From NCBI GenBank assembly GCA_028825265.1, contig JAPKAM010000003.1, forward strand, positions 3,547 through 67,546: a DNA stretch of 64,000 nucleotides, written 5' to 3'. The DNA comes from Planctomycetota bacterium (GTDB lineage Bacteria; Planctomycetota; UBA8108; UBA1146). Positions 62,351-64,000 of this stretch are shown one piece after another (position 1 is the stretch's first letter; every line of letters begins with the position of its first letter). The notes under the pieces were generated by a model. That model was given only the letters and a program-made list of their open reading frames with translations, made no database searches and had not been told where the DNA came from. Made by a program: the position numbers and the translations under genes.

Positions 62351-62701
62351 TCAGGACTTTTCCCGTCGCTCCTGAGCAGCGACGCAGAGCCTGGTCCAGG
62401 GGACGGCTTCCAGGCGCGCGGTCGGAATCAAATCGCCCGTGTCCTCACAGACTCCGTACGTACCATCATCGATGCGCTTGAGTGCCTCATCAATCTCGTT
62501 GATCAGGCTGGTCTCACTTTGCATCGTGGATAGGGTCAGTTCGATCTCGAAGTTTTCAGAACTGAGATCACCTTCATCTCCACTGGACCCCCGACCCTCT
62601 CCATCGAGACTGGTGAGGTTTCCGGTCACGAGATTGCGCTGATGAAGTAGAACCCGCTTGAACGGTTCCATCTCTCTCTTGGTGTATTTCTTCTTGGCCA
62701 T
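62351..62701 (-). CDS. DksA/TraR-family C4-type zinc-finger-like protein
   Basis: EIDEALKRIDDGTYGVCEDTGDLIPTARLEAVPWTRLC resembles the DksA C-terminal finger with only two Cys retained. Trimmed to MAKKKYTKRE. Confidence 0.6.
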   Translation of the reverse strand: MAKKKYTKREMEPFKRVLLHQRNLVTGNLTSLDGEGRGSSGDEGDLSSENFEIELTLSTMQSETSLINEIDEALKRIDDGTYGVCEDTGDLIPTARLEAVPWTRLCVAAQERREKS

Positions 62702-62864
62702 CGGTTTCCGGCCTACTCTCCATGCAGTGTGAACTAGTAAAAACGCCTCGGATCCCGGCGGATCCGGTCTTAACGGCACGATCGACTCGGCACTCAGCCC
62801 CTGACCACTCTATGGGCATCCGGCTGGCCGAATCCCGGGCGACGGGATATCCTCCCAGTGGGTA

Positions 62865-63881
62865 ATGAAACCCCCCGGAAAGGCAGCGGATTCTATGAAC
62901 TGCGGCGGTTCCTCGCAAGGGCTCAAAGATGATCAATCCTCTCTTCCAGAAGTCCAGAGCTGGCTCGACTACCTGTTGGTCGAACGAGGTCTGGCAGCCA
63001 ATACCCTCGCAGCTTACCGCCGAGACCTGGTCGCCCTCGCCACCGCGGTCAGGCTTCAAGGGGTACAATTCCCCCATCAGGTGCAGATTCAACAGCTCCG
63101 GGAATACCTACAGGGCCTGATGGCCGCCGGGGCCAGCGCCAGCAGCCAGCGGCGTAGGATCTCCGCAATTCGTGGTTTTTTCCGCTTTTTGGTGCTCGAA
63201 AATCAACTCGATGAAAATCCCGCCGATCCGTTGGTCTTTCCACGACAACCGCAGCGATTGCCCCGAACCCTATCCATCGAAGAGGTCAATCGCTTGATCG
63301 AGGCCACCGCCGTGGACAATCCAGTAATGGCCCTGAGAGATCGAGCCATCGCTCAACTGCTCTACAGCTCTGGAATGCGAGTTTCGGAACTGTGCGGACT
63401 GCGCTGGAGAGATTTCAAGACCGAGGGCAAGTACCCGCTGGTTCGTTGCCATGGCAAGGGAGGCAAGGTCAGGCTGATTCCCATCGGAGATCGAGCCAAG
63501 GCGGCGGTGCAGGATTACCGGGCACACCTCGAGGCGGATGCACCGGCGCTGGTCGACCACCTGTTCGTTTCGACCACCGGCCGCCAGATTCACCGCAGAA
63601 GCGTCTACGCCCTGCTGGCCCGTGCGGCTCAGATCGCAGGGATCACTCAGGGGGTCAACCCACACCTTCTGAGGCACTCCTTCGCCACACATATCCTCGA
63701 AAACAACACGACTCTGCGTGAGTTGAAGATCCGCGAAGGCTCCGATTCGGTACCTGCAGATGCGCTACCTCACCTACAGCACCTACTGGGCCATGCCAGC
63801 ATCCACACCACCGAGATCTATACTCATGTCGATCGTGAGCAGTTGAAATCGGTACACTCGCGCCACCATCCTCGACCCTGA
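62865..63881 (+). CDS. xerC: tyrosine recombinase XerC/XerD
   Basis: N-terminal core-binding domain, catalytic R...HS..R...LLGH...Y (LRHSFATH, LLGHASIHTTEIYTHV), with a ~19-aa insertion before LLGH. Confidence 0.85.
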   Translation: MKPPGKAADSMNCGGSSQGLKDDQSSLPEVQSWLDYLLVERGLAANTLAAYRRDLVALATAVRLQGVQFPHQVQIQQLREYLQGLMAAGASASSQRRRISAIRGFFRFLVLENQLDENPADPLVFPRQPQRLPRTLSIEEVNRLIEATAVDNPVMALRDRAIAQLLYSSGMRVSELCGLRWRDFKTEGKYPLVRCHGKGGKVRLIPIGDRAKAAVQDYRAHLEADAPALVDHLFVSTTGRQIHRRSVYALLARAAQIAGITQGVNPHLLRHSFATHILENNTTLRELKIREGSDSVPADALPHLQHLLGHASIHTTEIYTHVDREQLKSVHSRHHPRP

Positions 63882-64000
63882 GATACGAACACTCGTATCG
63901 ACCCGAGGATCGGTTCTTTAACAATATTTTGATGGGCTGGTTGCTCAGGGCTTGAGGCAGCGAATCGAGGTGCGGCCGATCAGGATCGTATCTCCCGCTC

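Noticed and set aside
62865-63881. XerC-like recombinase as evidence of an integrated mobile element
   Set aside because: No flanking repeats, phage or conjugation genes in the window. It is adjacent to housekeeping genes (pyrD, secA), so it is more likely the chromosomal dimer-resolution recombinase.

Overview
High-GC (roughly 58-60%) bacterial chromosomal segment, about 54 CDS, no rRNA, tRNA or CRISPR detected by eye. The gene content (FHA/Ser-Thr-kinase signalling, 'two-anchor' BatA/VWA protein, DUF1844, many dockerin-bearing secreted proteins) suggests a Planctomycetota-like organism, but this is inference only. Most of the window is housekeeping. It includes Moco genes (moeA, mobA, moaC), metG, pyrG, asnS, aroC, a DAHP synthase, folD, mutL, mutY, efp, metK, secA, pyrD, nadD and ald. 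An LPS/glycan cluster (kdsB, GT4, epimerase, DegT aminotransferase, MsbA-like ABC exporter, GT2, and waaA further along) is also present. Five things stand out. (1) A tandem array of five secreted proteins at 46.3-54.4 kb, each ending in a conserved dockerin-like double Ca-loop module; four of them carry 1-3 cohesin-like beta-sandwich modules, which points to a cellulosome-like self-assembling extracellular scaffold. (2) An AhpD/CMD-family peroxidase-like gene at 27906-28478 whose catalytic CxxC is CxxU: an in-frame TGA lies exactly at the second Cys position, with a downstream hairpin, so it is a probable selenoprotein that the ORF track splits in two. (3) A 1381-aa protein with an N-terminal cytoplasmic FHA domain, one TM helix and an extracellular metzincin-type HExxHxxGxxH domain, next to an FHA-Ser/Thr kinase. 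(4) A translationally coupled mutY / amidinotransferase-fold / UDG-superfamily operon. (5) A Na+/dicarboxylate-symporter-family transporter with a PDZ-like insertion. CDS coordinates are anchored on the supplied ORF track; positions I refined by eye (trimmed starts, hairpins) are approximate to a few nt.
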